DNA of 64,000 nucleotides, taken from contig NC_068983.1 in assembly GCF_001194135.2 (NCBI RefSeq), forward strand, positions 147,654,971-147,718,970, written 5' to 3'. This document shows, one piece after another, positions 36,713 to 50,992 of the stretch (the stretch's first letter is position 1; every line of letters begins with the position of its first letter). The position numbers and the translations under genes are program-made. The notes below the pieces were generated by a model. The model worked only from the letters and a program-made list of their open reading frames with translations, was not told where the DNA came from and made no database searches. Source of the stretch: Octopus bimaculoides. Its lineage: Eukaryota.

Positions 36713-38359
36713 TATATTATTATTAGAATAACTACCAATAAGAATAGTTTATAAATACTATAAAAGAATTCAAAAGGCTTTCTCTGTCAAAGGAGATAAT
36801 GTGTAAAGCTATAAATATATGTATAAGTATTTTACACCTCTCCCCCTCTCTTTCCCTCTTTCTCTCTTTCTTTCTCTCTCTCTCTGTGCACACGCTAGGT
36901 ATACATGTGTAAATCAGAGAAAGAATTGTAGCGTCCACTCGGTTAAAGTTGAAAAATCGCATTTAAAATATATAAATATATTTTCTGTATAAGAGATATA
37001 ATTTGTTTGCAGTTAAAGCGCTCAAATATATTTTGTTTTGTATATAAATATATTACGTTTGTATCTAAAGCGTATGTGAAACCAATATATGTCGTATAAT
37101 CTATATTTCGATCGCTTTTGAAATGTATGTATGAATATATCTGTAATTACATTTTATTTATAATTCAAACTTATAATTCCAACTGAAATGACAGCTTTAA
37201 ATTATTAGAAAGCGAAAGAGACTAATGCTTATAAATGCAAACAAAATAGATATTTACTCACTTCAAATACAAACGAAACATATTTTCTGAAAAACAGAAA
37301 GTACCGTGGTTATAATATTAAAAAATAGCTGATGTTCAAAGTGTTATTTTTAAAGCATCATAAAAATGTTAGGGGATGCTTAAAAATCTAATATTCTTTT
37401 TATTTTTCACATTTTATGATTCGCTTACAATTTTCAATTTTACACATGTATCACGTGTAAAGCGTATTACGAGTTGTTGGCGTTAGAATTTAGCATTTTA
37501 GAGAATCAGATAGAAGCAATGTGAAGAATGCAGAGATGATTTAAAAACCGGTTTCATACTATCCTGGGATATAAACATACAGCTAGAAACGTGCAGAGAT
37601 GGAAAGGGATATTTTCTATTCCCATTCATTATATGAACTACGATAACAGGAACTGAGATCTCAGCAGGGGAATTAACTAACGAAAATATATATACAAAGT
37701 GAGGGAATGCAAGAGTGAGAGATAGTGAGTGAGTGGGAGAGAGAGAGAGAGAGAGAGAGAGAGNNNNNNNNNNNNNNNNNNNNNNNNNNNNNNNNNNNNN
37801 NNNNNNNNNNNNNNNNNNNNNNNNNNNNNNNNNNNNNNNNNNNNNNNNNNNNNNNNNNNNNNNNNNNNNNNNNNNNNNNNNNNNNNNNNNNNNNNNNNNN
37901 NNNNNNNNNNNNNNNNNNNNNNNNNNNNNNNNNNNNNNNNNNNNNNNNNNNNNNNNNNNNNNNNNNNNNNNNNNNNNNNNNNNNNNNNNNNNNNNNNNNN
38001 NNNNNNNNNNNNNNNNNNNNNNNNNNNNNNNNNNNNNNNNNNNNNNNNNNNNNNNNNNNNNNNNNNNNNNNNNNNNNNNNNNNNNNNNNNNNNNNNNNNN
38101 NNNNNNNNNNNNNNNNNNNNNNNNNNNNNNNNNNNNNNNNNNNNNNNNNNNNNNNNNNNNNNNNNNNNNNNNNNNNNNNNNNNNNNNNNNNNNNNNNNNN
38201 NNNNNNNNNNGTTCTGCTTTCTGTTTGTCCCATGATCTGTTTTCATTTTATTAACATTTAAAATTTGTTTATAGGCCACCGCGATCTTCAGTTAAACAAA
38301 AGTCTTTCAGTTTCCGAGTTAGTTATGCATACTTACATATAAACGCGAGATTGTTTGTG

Positions 38360-38490
38360 TAGTTTCGAAGCTCGCTTTGAAACCAAATGGTTTCAAATTC
38401 AGTCCCACGGTACCTTGAGAAAATGTCTTCTACTTTAGCTCCTGGCGGACTATGCCTTGTGAGTGAATTTGGTTGGCAGAAACTATGTGG
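38360..38490 (+). mobile_element. SINE family A 5' fragment
   Basis: atggtttcaaattcagtcccacggtaccttgagaaaatgtcttctac...gccttgtgagtgaatttgg. Confidence 0.65.
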
Positions 38491-38804
38491 TGCTTGGTCT
38501 GAGCCGGTGCCCGGTTTTGATTATGTACGATGCACTTATAAGTTAAAGCTATGAATTTCTTTTATAGTGTAACAATATTTAATGACCGAATACTGTAACA
38601 TATGTAACTCTCATTATTGCTATGTTCTTTATATTACGCTATAGCCCTTCTCAGACCACATAGAACTCAACGATTGTAGTATAATGTAAATACTAATAAG
38701 AGCCGCAGCTTGAAATGTAAATTTGCGCACTGAGAACACCCATACATGCGTGCATACATACACACACACACACATATATATAAACATACATACATACATA
38801 CATA

Positions 38805-40125
38805 CATTTAGTATCTTGGAATTGATGACAATGTTGCATATGTTGATATTGAGACTAAAGCCAGAATGACGAGTACTTCTGCAGACTCCGGAAAATATGG
38901 AATTCAGAGCTGTCTGCATTTGACAATATCACATCACACAATGCTTTTGCTGTGCCAGTATTAGTACTAACATTGAGATATTGAACTGGACAATTGACGG
39001 GATCCGCAGCCTGATCATCAAAACTAGAAAGGTACTGGCCACGTCTGGCAGCTTCCACATCAACAGTGATACCGATAGGATCTATGTGAGACGAAGGGAT
39101 GGCAATAGAAGCATGAGGTCAGTCCAAACAGCCTTAGAATGTTGCACTATATCACTCAGACAACACCTGATGAAGAGTAAAGAAATTACATTACATTCAT
39201 GCTCAAAAGTGAGAGCAACAGCATCTTCAGAATTAACGAATAACTATCAAGCAGATAATCTGAGAATACAACAATCTCATGCGACCTAAAGGAAGCTTGA
39301 GTGGCTTATATAAACAGAAGTTTGGAGGAGAAACAGACATCATAGCAGCAAAAAGCAATGCCTGGGTAAGCCAGAAGATAACAACAGCATTGACAGAGGA
39401 AGAATAGCCTCTCCTAGATTTGTGATTGATAGATTACATACCACCTAGAAGGATATGCCTTTGCTATCCAGGAACAGGAGATAGCTATTAAAAACCTGAT
39501 AAACGAGAAAGACAAGGATACTACCAAATGCCCACTTTGTGGTAGAAAATATCAGCTTTGCTATGCCAGTGTAGAGGATAGCACCTACATCATCAGCAGC
39601 TGCTCCAAAATGTCTACGAGATACTACCTGCCCTGAGGCATGATATAGTTGCAAAGACCTCAACGCCATCCACAGGAAGGACTGCTCTGACGTATACATC
39701 AAAGACATGTCTGAACCAGCATGTATTCACACCTTTAAAAACAAAGAATACTGGTGGAACACTTCAATAAAAACAACTATTCGGTGACATAGACCTAACA
39801 TTGTTCTGTGGAACAGGAAACAAAAGTCATGCACTGTTGTAGTCGTAAGCTGCACAGCGGATGTAAATGTATCATCAAAAGTTCAGGAAAAAGAGAACAT
39901 TTACGGTGAATTAATGCGGAACTTGCAGTTCTTATCCCCTGACTAAAAGTTATCATTTGTATCTATCATCATAAGTGCATTGGGCAATGCACCTACAAAA
40001 TTACACTTAAAAACCTAGAACTACTAAATTTTTCGAAGAAAGTACAAAAGAAGCTGACATGCATCCTCCAAATTCAGTCTATTAGCAGCACGGTGAAGAT
40101 TTGTAAGACATTCCAAAGGTTTTGC
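38805..40125 (+). mobile_element. R4/Dong-clade (RLE) non-LTR retrotransposon, 3' 1.3 kb, inactivated
   Basis: YLGIDDN, NAFAVPVL, LNWTIDGIRSL..KTRKVLATSGSFHINSDTDRIYVRRRDG, zinc knuckle KCPLC...YIISSCSKMSTRYYLPLRHDIVAK, RLE HRPNIVLWNRKQKSCTVV..SC..DVNV..KVQEKENIYGEL. Confidence 0.85.
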
Positions 40126-40334
40126 ACCTGAGATTTCTTAGATGGATAAATGCACACCCTTGGTTGTGTGAGCCCAACCAACACATCAACTCAACCACAT
40201 TTACGAACACCAGGAAATTTCTTAACACAAAAAGTCTTATCGCTTTGTTCGCGACCGGCTTCAACACTCTTAAGAACATCAATAGAATTTTAAAAAAAAC
40301 AACATAATACACACATACATATATCATCTTCACC

Positions 40335-40565
40335 AACCAGACTGTCGGGCGTCGTTTCGACACCGCTGGTCACAGTACGTCGTCCAATTCTCTCTGGATC
40401 GTGCCTTCCTCATCCACGTAACTCCAAACGATTGTCGTATTTCGTCAACCTACCGTTCTGGAGGCCTTTTGAGTGGCCTTTTCTGCACGCGCGGGTACCA
40501 CTCGACAACTGCGCGAATCCACCATTTGTTGATGAACTGAGCGACGTGTCAGATGGATTGGACGT
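40335..40565 (-). mobile_element. RTE-clade LINE 3' end
   Basis: Minus translation HVAQFINKWWIRAVVEWYPRVQKRPLKRPPER*VDEIRQSFGVTWMRKARSRENW. Confidence 0.8.
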
Positions 40566-41691
40566 ATAGAAATACACACACACACACACACACACACATG
40601 TATATACATGTACACATACATACAGATATGTGTGCCTGTGTTTGCGCATATAAATTTGGATACTGACACATACACACAGTGTACTGAACATACATTTTCT
40701 CTCCCTTGTCTGTAAATTGAAACGTGCAAGCGTGTATGTGTTATTGTGCACGTGTATATTATAGATATATGTGTGTGCGTGAAATGTTCGTCTGTCTATG
40801 CATTATATATCTCAGTGTCTGTGTATGTGTGTCTATGTGAGTGTGTAACTGCACCAGAAGGTAAATAAGAAAAAAAATTTGGAAGAAAAAGAACAAAAGA
40901 AACTCAACATCAAAATAATAGAATGGAACTAAGACGATAGGCGTGTGTCTTTAACTTTAAAGGTAGATGGCGTTAGGTGTAAACTTTTTGTTCTCTTTCA
41001 CTGGTGGGTCTGGTGGTGTTTGCTATGAATGGTCGCCAGTAAACTATGCACACGTTTTCCTGTTACTTTTAGAGGAGACAAGCGATGTTTTCCGATTAAC
41101 TTGTATAACAGAAACAAACACTTCATTATCGAACAAGGTGAGAGCAAAGAAAAGAGAAAAGGTAAAAAGGATTATTTGCAATGCATTGGTGAACGACCTA
41201 TGTGTAATTATCAATAGTTTAAAACTAGCTTTAAAACACCTTTATATTTTGCTGTTGTGCTTCAGGGCACGTAAAACCAATAGAAGGAAAAGAAAACCTG
41301 TGGATTGACTAATATGGATTCACAGTTTTGTTTATTTTCTATATAGAGTGACGTATGTACGTATACATCTATGTATTGATATATTTGTGTATCTATGTCG
41401 GTTATGTATGTGTGTTTATGAGTGCATGTATATATAGGCAGGTATATATATGTATTTGTGTGTATGCATACTTGTGTGTACATACGCATGCATCTATTTA
41501 TGTAACTTTATACGTTTGTAAGTATGCGTGCAAGTATGAGTGAGTAAACGTAGGTATGCAAATATGTACATCTATATATATATATGTATGTGTGTATGGA
41601 TGAATGTATGTATTTACATTTGCACACACACTTATATATACGTGTATGTGTGAGTGAGTGAGTGTTCAAGTATATATGTGTGCGTGTGTGT

Positions 41692-41744
<53 letters not shown>

Positions 41745-41981
41745 NNNNNNNNNNNNNNNNNNNNNNNNNNNNNNNNNNNNNNNNNNNNNNNNNNNNNNNN
41801 NNNNNNNNNNNNNNNNNNNNNNNNNNNNNNNNNNNNNNNNNNNNNNNNNNNNNNNNNNNNNNNNNNNNNNNNNNNNNNNNNNNNNNNNNNNNNNNNNNNN
41901 NNNNNNNNNNNNNNNNNNNNNNNNNNNNNNNNNNNNNNNNNNNNNNNNNNNNNNNNNNNNNNNNNNNNNNNNNNNNNNNNN

Positions 41982-42038
<57 letters not shown>

Positions 42039-42294
42039 TGGTAGGTAGGTAAATGGAGATGTAAGTAAACATAGATCCATAGGTAAGTAGATAGGGAGGT
42101 ACATAGATAATACGGACAAACGAGCACAAACACACACACACACACAAAAGGAGACGGAACTATATATACACACACGCATACACACAAAAACATATATGGA
42201 GAAATACATCCATACATATATTGATGCACATACATACATATCTGCATACACAAGCACACATGCGCACGTACATGCTGACGCACACACATGCGCA

Positions 42295-42650
42295 TAGACA
42301 AAACGAATGCAGCTTTGCTAACGGATAGTCAACATCCATTGACAAGGTTGCAAAAGCAACGAAAAGCTTGGAAAAAATATTTAATGCCAAAGTAGGGAGC
42401 TAGAACTTCCAGGATCTTCCATGTGTATATCACTGCATACCTTGCTCAGCTTCTCTATAGGGAGTAGAACTTCAATTCTTTTAGTATCTTACGGTAGCTT
42501 ATCTGTTTCACTGGGTCAATCTTCTGTGTGTAGTGGTGCTGGATTGCTTCGAGTTCCGCCACCAGTTTGACGCTCTGCGGCGACCACTGTTCGGAGATCT
42601 GTTTCCCAAGGTATAGACAAGTACCATTAAGTGAACACATAGAGAGATGA
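42295..42650 (-). mobile_element. CR1/L2-group LINE ORF2 3' fragment
   Basis: WSPQSVKLVAELEAIQHHYTQKIDPVKQISYRKILKELKFYSL*RS*ARYAVIYTWKILEVLAPYFGI. Confidence 0.75.
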
Positions 42651-43938
42651 GTAAGGACTCTCTAAACAAACTTCCTCTTTCTACCTATTCACCAATGCAA
42701 TGAAACAACTTCTATACAACAACGATTAAATGAAGATAATATATTTGTTGAAAAATACAAACCGCGCCTGAATATGTACACTTAACTAATTTCGTAGATA
42801 TTTTAATTCATAAATTTATAACTTCGTAACGCAAATAAAATCAGTTCGCCTCAAAGAAAAGAATAATTGTTTCTTCTGCTTCTTATAATAACAATCACTA
42901 ATTACGTCCCCTTAGATTTATTTAGCTAGTGATTCATTTACAATACAACTTTCCTCTTACTAACATGGACTTAAAATTCCTTATGACACCGTGAAATTGT
43001 AATATTCCCACTAATTTCTTAGTCATAATTAGCAAAAGCGATACTGGTTGACTATGTAAATATGTTATCTCATAAAAAATATATACATTCTGTGCATTTT
43101 AATATTTTTCGCTACAACTCACTACTTAGAGGGGAAAAATCCTTCCAACGAAGTTTTTCACTATGTATATACTGAAATAATATTATATAGGAACAACATA
43201 TTTCTTCTAAGCCAGAGCCGTGAATATATCAAACAAATTCTCTCTATTAATTTTATTTATTTAATAATATATAATGGTTAGCAATGTAAGAATATGCTTA
43301 CGTCTAGAATAAGAAAATGACTGCCGGTTTTCAACAGACTTTATCAATGTTTTTTGAAAAATATTCTTATGAGGGAAATACAAATATAAAAAAAAAAATA
43401 TTATAAACTATTCTCTCTACAGACATCAAAGCTGGCTATCAATTTTTGAAAGCACCAATTCTAATAAAGAAATATTAATATTTGTACATAAAATATATAT
43501 ATATATATATATATAGTGTCTCTTAAAGACTAGAAACCTCTGTGATAAAAGAATTACAGTAGTTTCTGGTATCTAAGACACATAGCATTTCAACATTGAA
43601 GGTTCAAAAGATAGAAAATAACACTAATTTTTGCCTACTTTAACAATATTAAATACACTAAAACGTTTTCTGTTGTTTTTCTTTAGATGCAAAGTTTTAG
43701 ATGAAGTCCATTAAACTAATCTAGCGTGATAAATCCACTTCTGTACAAAGCACAGACTTGACACTTAGCTTGTTGTGTCACGCTGTTGGTCAATTTCAAG
43801 CAACAATATGGTAGTCAGGTGCGTTAGTTGTTATATTACAATTGTCTTTCATTCCTAAGTTCCAAACATTAGTAATCTCTTCAGTTCTATAATAATATTA
43901 ATAGTAGCGGCTTATTAACATTATTGATAATTTCATTA

Positions 43939-44048
<110 letters not shown>

Positions 44049-44362
44049 CATATATGCAGTAGTATGTATTTATTTACATGCATAGTTATATGTGTATGCG
44101 TGCGTGTGCATGTGTGCATGTGTGTGCGAGAGAGAGAGAAAGAGTGAGAGAGTGCGTGTGTGTATGTGTGTGTGAGAGAGAGGGAGAGTGAGAGAGTGCG
44201 TGCGTGTATGTGTGTGAGTTTGTGCGCCTATATTTTTGTTATATGGTATTTAACCGATTTGTTGTTTCCTTAGTGATTTAAAAATAAGATATACAATATG
44301 TAATAAATTCTCGTGGGTCTATTGACTGAAAACAATAACACATACACACGTCCATGCATATA

Positions 44363-45492
44363 CAGGGTGCGTAAGGTATTTGAGGACATACTTTTCATGG
44401 GTCATTGCTGCACGTTTTGCTAACTCTGTATAATCTTTGTTTCGGGAAATAATAATGGCGGACCTTCAGCTTACTCAAGAAATGAAGAGACATTGTTATA
44501 AGGGCTGAGCATAGAGAGAAATATCTCGATTTTTAAAAATTGCCAAATCTTTCGTCTACAAACTTTGTAAGGAGCTAGAGACTGAAGATGGAAACGTATC
44601 ACCAGTAACAAATCATAGAATATACATTCTAATCACTCTGAAATCATGAAAACACCTGAATTTTTCCAGCAAGTTCAACAGACCATTGACTACAATCCCA
44701 GAAAGTCCATGAGGTCAATTGCGAAAGCTCTCCATGTGTCAGAAGGAACAGTCAGAAATGATGTCCACGAAGACATCAGTCTTATATGATGAGGAAAGGT
44801 AAATATGTCAGAAAAAGCAAAAGAAAACCACTACATCAGATCTAAAAGGTTATTAAACACGAAACGAAAAAAACTTCGACGAGAAAAACTTCGACCAAGA
44901 TCAAAAAGTTAATAGAAGAAACGACAGATGGTCATGTGCAGACCCTTCTGAAGTTCCAAGTGTTATGCATACAAAATTTGCAGCAACTATCATGGTTTTA
45001 GGTGTTGTCAGCAATGAAGGAGATGTGATGCCTCCTTACTTCTGTCGCCTACATTGAGGTCCTGGATATAATTGCAATGGAAGGTCATCTGTTTCAGTAA
45101 GACTCTGCACTACCACTCTAGTAACACAGGAATGGATGATTAAAAACTTTCACGATCACATAACCCATAATATTTGGCCTCCTAATTCCCCACATCTCAA
45201 TCCATTGGACTATTTCATTTGGAGCGTTGTTGAGAGAGAGGTCAAGGAACACGCCCATAACACCAAAGATTCATTGAAAGTTGCCATAATCAGAGTAATG
45301 TCCAAAATGAACCAGGACCACTTGATTCGAGCATGTAGATGATTTAGATGTCATATAAAAGCAGTTGTTGAAGCTGAAGGTGGCTTTATTGAAAAAATAT
45401 TGTAGAAAAGGTTTATTTTTATCCCCATTTTTTTCTATAAATAAATTTATTATCTGTTATATATCTGTTTTTTTTTTATCTTAAGCACCCTG
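44363..45492 (+). mobile_element. Tc1/mariner DD37D (maT-type) transposon, both ends present, transposase decayed
   Basis: TA-CAGGGTGC...GCACCCTG-TA termini. Peptides KSMRSIAKALHVSEGTVR, FDEKNFDQDQKVNRRNDRW, IMVLGVVSNEGDVMPPYF, FQ*DSA, IWPPNSPHLNPLDYFIWSVVE. The D2-D3 spacing fits 37 if a small indel is restored. Confidence 0.88.
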
Positions 45493-45564
45493 TATAAATA
45501 CATCAAAACATTGTAATGAAATTTGTTGTGTATGCATTGAGTTAGCATGTTCTCTGCAACTTAG

Positions 45565-45745
45565 CCTTGGTTATGCATACGAAATATTCACGACAAGCTT
45601 CGCTTGCGTAAAGTCTGTGCGAAATAGGCCCCAGGAAAGCTTACCGAAGTGCATCAGCTTACTCGACCGCTATAACGATGAAGGCGAAGCTTTTGTGGAG
45701 AGAATAAGCACTAGAGATGAGACCTGGATCCATCACTTTATGCTG
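45565..45745 (+). mobile_element. mariner (DD34D) transposase fragment
   Basis: HDKLRLRKVCAK*AP.KLTE and LLDRYNDEGEAFVERISTRDETWIHHF. Confidence 0.7.
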
Positions 45746-45889
45746 CCCTTTTCATAATGATGATAATAAAAATAATAATAATTCTTTCTTGTGTACAAAT
45801 GAATTGTATCAGATTGCTGGATGCATTTGAACACCTTATTTTATTAAAGTATTTGGCTTTAATAAAAGGCATGCAGTTGTTTTACCCCG

Positions 45890-46440
45890 AAATTTTGAAT
45901 TTTGCTTACTTCAACTGATTTCAAGCTGCTTTTAATTTCATAGTTTTCCTTATATTTGCCGCAGATCTTTTGCCATGTTTGTAGAGTTTATTTTATGTTT
46001 TGTTCTGTGAGCTTCTTCATGTATCTTATTTGCTTTTCTACATCTCATCTTTACTCCAAATGTTTCTACTTTTTCTTTACTCGGTGGACTTTCTACTTGT
46101 ACTGTTTTGTTATTTAATTCCTTGTAAAGGGTTTGTTTATTTTCTTGATACACCTTGTTATATTTCATTTGTTTGATTAGTAATCCAAGTCTTTCTTGTC
46201 TCCCTACTTGTAAAGTCACCTGTTGAATTGATTTTTTTTTAATATTGGAAGATGCTATTGGTCTTGAATTTTGAATGGAGTGATATATTCCCCCCACTCG
46301 TTTCAAGCTCTCAACATTTTGAGTCTTACTCAGAAGGAAAAGCATTATTCATGCACCTTTTCGGGCTAAGCCTCACAATGGTTAAAATCCTCTCACACAC
46401 AGAAATTCTTCTGCTGGCCCTCATTTTCACTGCTGTGGTT
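45890..46440 (-). mobile_element. R4-like LINE fragment (region upstream of RT)
   Basis: KYNKVYQENKQTLYKELNNKTVQVESPPSKEKVETF resembles the N..F..NQK..Y.EL....P.K..VE.FW motif of R4-group ORFs. Confidence 0.55.
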
Positions 46441-46474
46441 AAGGAAGTCTTAAGTGACTAAAACAAAGCAAAAA

Positions 46475-46515
<41 letters not shown>

Positions 46516-48179
46516 CTGATGCGTGTGTGTATGTGTATTTGTGTTCATGTGTGTCCGTATGTGATATGAGTATTGCGTTTGATGGTTGAAAAATAAATGC
46601 TGGACTTTCCTTTCCTCCCTCTGGGTTAAGCAGAGTACCTCTCAAGTACTGAGAGTCAATATAATTGACTGTTAATGTGACCTTGTGACTATGACAGAAA
46701 TCATTTTTAGCAAAATTCTGTAAAATGCCGTTTTATATGACTTGTGGTATGTATTTATATCATTTAATATTCTGATTTCAAATTCCGTTGAACTCGGTTA
46801 TTCCTTTCATTTTTTTTTAGTGTCGATAAATGAATTACTTACCAGTTACTGAGGTCAATGAACTACACATCCCCTCTTTACTAGAAATGTTTGCCCCTAT
46901 GTCTGTGTGAGGAATGTAATGGATAGGACAATTTGATGGTTTCTCACATTTATTTTTTACTAGTATGAATGGTACAATAAATTTAAACCTCTTTTTAAAA
47001 CTCTGTTGACCTGTGACCGGGCTAAGACTGTTCTTATCGTCTACTTCTTTCGTCGACTGCGGAAGGATGAAAGTAAGCCAGACCAGGTCACGATTTGGAA
47101 TTAGGACCTAAAAAGAGATTTAACCAAACCTAAATCTAAAGATATAACCAAATATAGCCAAACTTTGAAGGATTTTTTTTTAACGATAGTTCAACGATTT
47201 TGCTAACCATAAGTTTTAAACACGAACACAACTATAGACAAGAGGTTTAACTTAATATGAATAATACTATTCTTTGTAGTCTCTGCTAATTTTACATACA
47301 ACCATTACATAGACATACTTTTATATTATAGTCACGCCTTAATATTATTTGTATTTGGATTTATTTCCTTTTGTTCATTGAAGGTAGAATATATTTAATG
47401 TTATCAACCAAGAAAGGAATGTAATTAAAACATATTTAAAGAAAGAAGCCGTGATATACGCAGTACGTTTTATGAAGTCACGGGAATTGTAGGGTTAATG
47501 AAACATTTATGATCAAATCTCAATACGTAATGTATATTTAATTGAATGTGAAGTATAATCAACATTTGTACATTAAACCAAACAGTAAGTGGGTGTATTC
47601 ACTTTAGCTTATTTTCGCCAGGTGCATTAATGATTCAATCTAAGTTAAACAATCATGATTTAAATACAATATCATATTGTGAGTGGCTGATAACATAATA
47701 AATATACAGAAAAGAAAAAAGAGAGAAATTATATTAGTTTCAAGTTAAACGTTGATTGATTTTTCTATTCCTTGGCTTAAGTGATTGATATTACACACAG
47801 GCTTTATTTATCATCAATGACATCGTGTGTTTTTTAAACAAAGGCTCTTGATTAACATGAAGTTATTTTCGCTTTTGATCTATATTCTCTTTTTGTTGAT
47901 GGTTTTGTTTTTGTTTTGATAGGGAGGCGTTTATGAATAAACAGTGAAACATTACATTAATGAGTTAATGTCATCTTTTAGAGTGCAAACGATCCAGTTG
48001 ATGGGACATAAGATAAATGGTTGGTGTTTCATATCACACCGAATCACAAATAACCCTTGTTTAATGATGCAAAAGTGTAGGAACCTTGTACCATTCTAAG
48101 CACTGTAAGAGATGTTAAACAGAAAACGTAAGATACAACATCGACAGAGACAAGCGCCGCCAGCCTGTCTTGTCTTTAA

Positions 48180-48559
48180 TGTTGTTGGCACTCCGTCGCT
48201 TACGACGTCGAGGGTTCCAGTTGATCCGATCAACGGAACAGCCTGCTCGTGAAATTAACGTGCAAGTGGCTGAGCACTCCACGGACACGTGTACCCTTAA
48301 CGTAGTTCTCGGGGATATTCAGCGTGACACAGAGTGTGACAAGGCTGACCCTTTGAATTACAGGCACAACAGAAACAGGAAGTAAGAGAAAGTTGTGGTG
48401 AAAGAGTACAGCAGGGTTCGCCACCATCCCCTGCCGGAGCCACGTGGAGCTTTTGGTGTTTTTGCTCAATAAACACTCACAACGCCCGGTCTGGGAATCG
48501 AAACCGCGATCCTATGACCGCAAGTCCGCTGCTCTAACCACTGGGCCATTGCGCCTCCA
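48180..48559 (-). mobile_element. SINE family B, full length, with 9-bp TSD
   Basis: Complete element; cttgtcttt at 48169-48177 and 48561-48569. Confidence 0.95.
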
Positions 48560-49313
48560 CCTTGTCTTTCATATACTATCTCTTATGACCCAGTGTTTAT
48601 TGTTTCTGTCGTAATATTTCAAAAGATAGCATCTTGCTTAGTAGAAGTATGTATATCGGCCAAAAATTATGCGACAACGACAGGTTATTCTAGGTGGCCC
48701 CAATCTACCTAGATATGAATATGTATCATGAAAATACATTTGCCGTATCACCCGACTTACCAGGTATAGTGTACAACAAGGTAAATCAATTACTTACTGT
48801 AATGAACTGAACCAGTGTATAATCGATGAGTGTTTCGTTTGTTTCTAATGCTGTGTTCACATTCTCTCTTCATCTTACAGAAAACGAGGACAAAGCGAAT
48901 TATTTGTGGAAGCCTCTGTACGATTGCTTAGCCAGTTAAAAATAATAGTAAAGTACACTTTCTTACACCCTGCCTTAATAAAAAAAAGGAAAGGCACATT
49001 AAATATTACAGTTTCTGAAATATCACTTGATCATGTGACCGACCAGACTATCAGATGTTGCGCTTTGCATCGTTTTAGCCTTCGAATGACGCCCCTTCCC
49101 TACTGAAATATATCTAAAATAAATATATGATGGTCACGGTTGGAGCGTTTCATCATGTTTGCGATATCAATGTTCGCATGTATCATAAAGAACAACAGCA
49201 CCAACAAACAACGACAACAGAAACAGCAAATACATCGATGACAAAACACTCACACTTATTGTTCATTAAAACGAGCTTTTTAATGTTCCATTGACTATAC
49301 TATCTATTACGAG

Positions 49314-49698
49314 TGGAGGCGCAATGGCCCAGTGGTGAGCGCAGCGGACTCGCGGTCATAGGATCGCGGTTTCGATTCCCAGACCGGGCGTTGTGAGTGT
49401 TTATTGAGCGAAAACACCTAAAGTTCCACGAGGCTCCGGCAGGGGATGGTGACGAACCCTGCTGTACTCTTTCACCACAACTTTCTCTCACTCTTTCTTC
49501 CTGTTTCTGTTGTGCCTGTAATTCAAAGGGTCAGCCTTGTCACACTGTGTCACGCTGAATATCCCCGAGAACTACGTTAAGGGTACACGTGTCTGTGGAG
49601 TGCTCAACCACTTACACGTTAATTTCACGAGCAGGCTGTTCCTTTGATCGGATCAACTGGAACCCTCGACGTCGTAAGCGACGGAGTGCCAACAACAA
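49314..49698 (+). mobile_element. SINE family B, full length, with TSD
   Basis: Complete element; tctattacga on both flanks. Confidence 0.95.
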
Positions 49699-50025
49699 CT
49701 ATCTATTACGATTGTTAGATTACCAACCAAGAGACTCGTGGTTTCTTTCTCTGATTAGTTGTTAAATATTCTAACAGTTATCTTGCACTGGCCTAATACA
49801 CAGGTACCATACAACATACTACTTACTACTCTGTCTAGTCTACTTTACACCTCAAACAGATTTAGCTTCTAACTACAGAGGGGATATTCGAATTATTTTG
49901 CATGACTTTAGATCGTAGTTTTAAGATCGAAAATTTCCTTACAGCCGAAGAAGATTAGCCAATTGAAGGGCAAAATCTGCAGTTTATACTATTATGAAAT
50001 TCGTTTATGAAACATTAATAACATA

Positions 50026-50200
50026 GGCGCAGGAGTGGCTGTGTGGTAAGTAGCTTGCTTACCAACCACATGGTTCCGGGTTCAGTCCCACTGCGTGACA
50101 CCTTGAGCAAGTGTCTTCTACTATAGCCTCGGGTCGACCAAAGCCTTGTGAGTGGATTTGGTAGACGGAAACTGAAAGAAGCCCGTCGTATATATGCATA
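50026..50200 (+). mobile_element. SINE family A 5' half (young-looking)
   Basis: ggcgcaggagtggctgtgtggtaagtagcttgcttaccaaccacatggttccgggttcagtcccactgcgtgacaccttgagcaagtgtcttctactatagcc...gaaagaagcccgtcgtatat. Confidence 0.92.
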
Positions 50201-50992
50201 TATATATATACATATATATATAAAGTGTAGTATATTGCCACTTAAGTGTGGCTGACCCCTAGGGGTGGATGTTACTGTTGCTTTTAGCCCCAGGAGGACA
50301 TCTCCTCCAGCTGGCTTATCGACACACGACTGTGTCCTGTTTGCCAAGGGANNNNNNNNNNNNNNNNNNNNNNNNNNNNNNNNNNNNNNNNNNNNNNNNN
50401 NNNNNNNNNNNNNNNNNNNNNNNNNNNNNNNNNNNNNNNNNNNNNNNNNNNNNNNNNNNNNNNNNNNNNNNNNNNNNNNNNNNNNNNNNNNNNNNNNNNN
50501 NNNNNNNNNNNNNNNNNNNNNNNNNNNNNNNNNNNNNNNNNNNNNNNNNNNNNNNNNNNNNNNNNNNNNNNNNNNNNNNNNNNNNNNNNNNNNNNNNNNN
50601 NNNNNNNNNNNNNNNNNNNNNNNNNNNNNNNNNNNNNNNNNNNNNNNNNNNNNNNNNNNNNNNNNNNNNNNNNNNNNNNNNNNNNNNNNNNNNNNNNNNN
50701 NNNNNNNNNNNNNNNNNNNNNNNNNNNNNNNNNNNNNNNNNNNNNNNNNNNNNNNNNNNNNNNNNNNNNNNNNNNNNNNNNNNNNNNNNNNNNNNNNNNN
50801 NNNNNNNNNNNNNNNNNNNNNNNNNNNNTATCCCTCTCACCTCGATCAGCAGCACGAACGTATCCGGATTTCAGGGTTATTTCCCTTCGTCGGCGTTCGA
50901 CAGCTGATGACCTTGGTGAGAGAGACAAAAACCTGGCAAACCTTATATCTTCTTTTCCAGTGAAATTCTTCACTGATATTGAAAAGGTGAAA

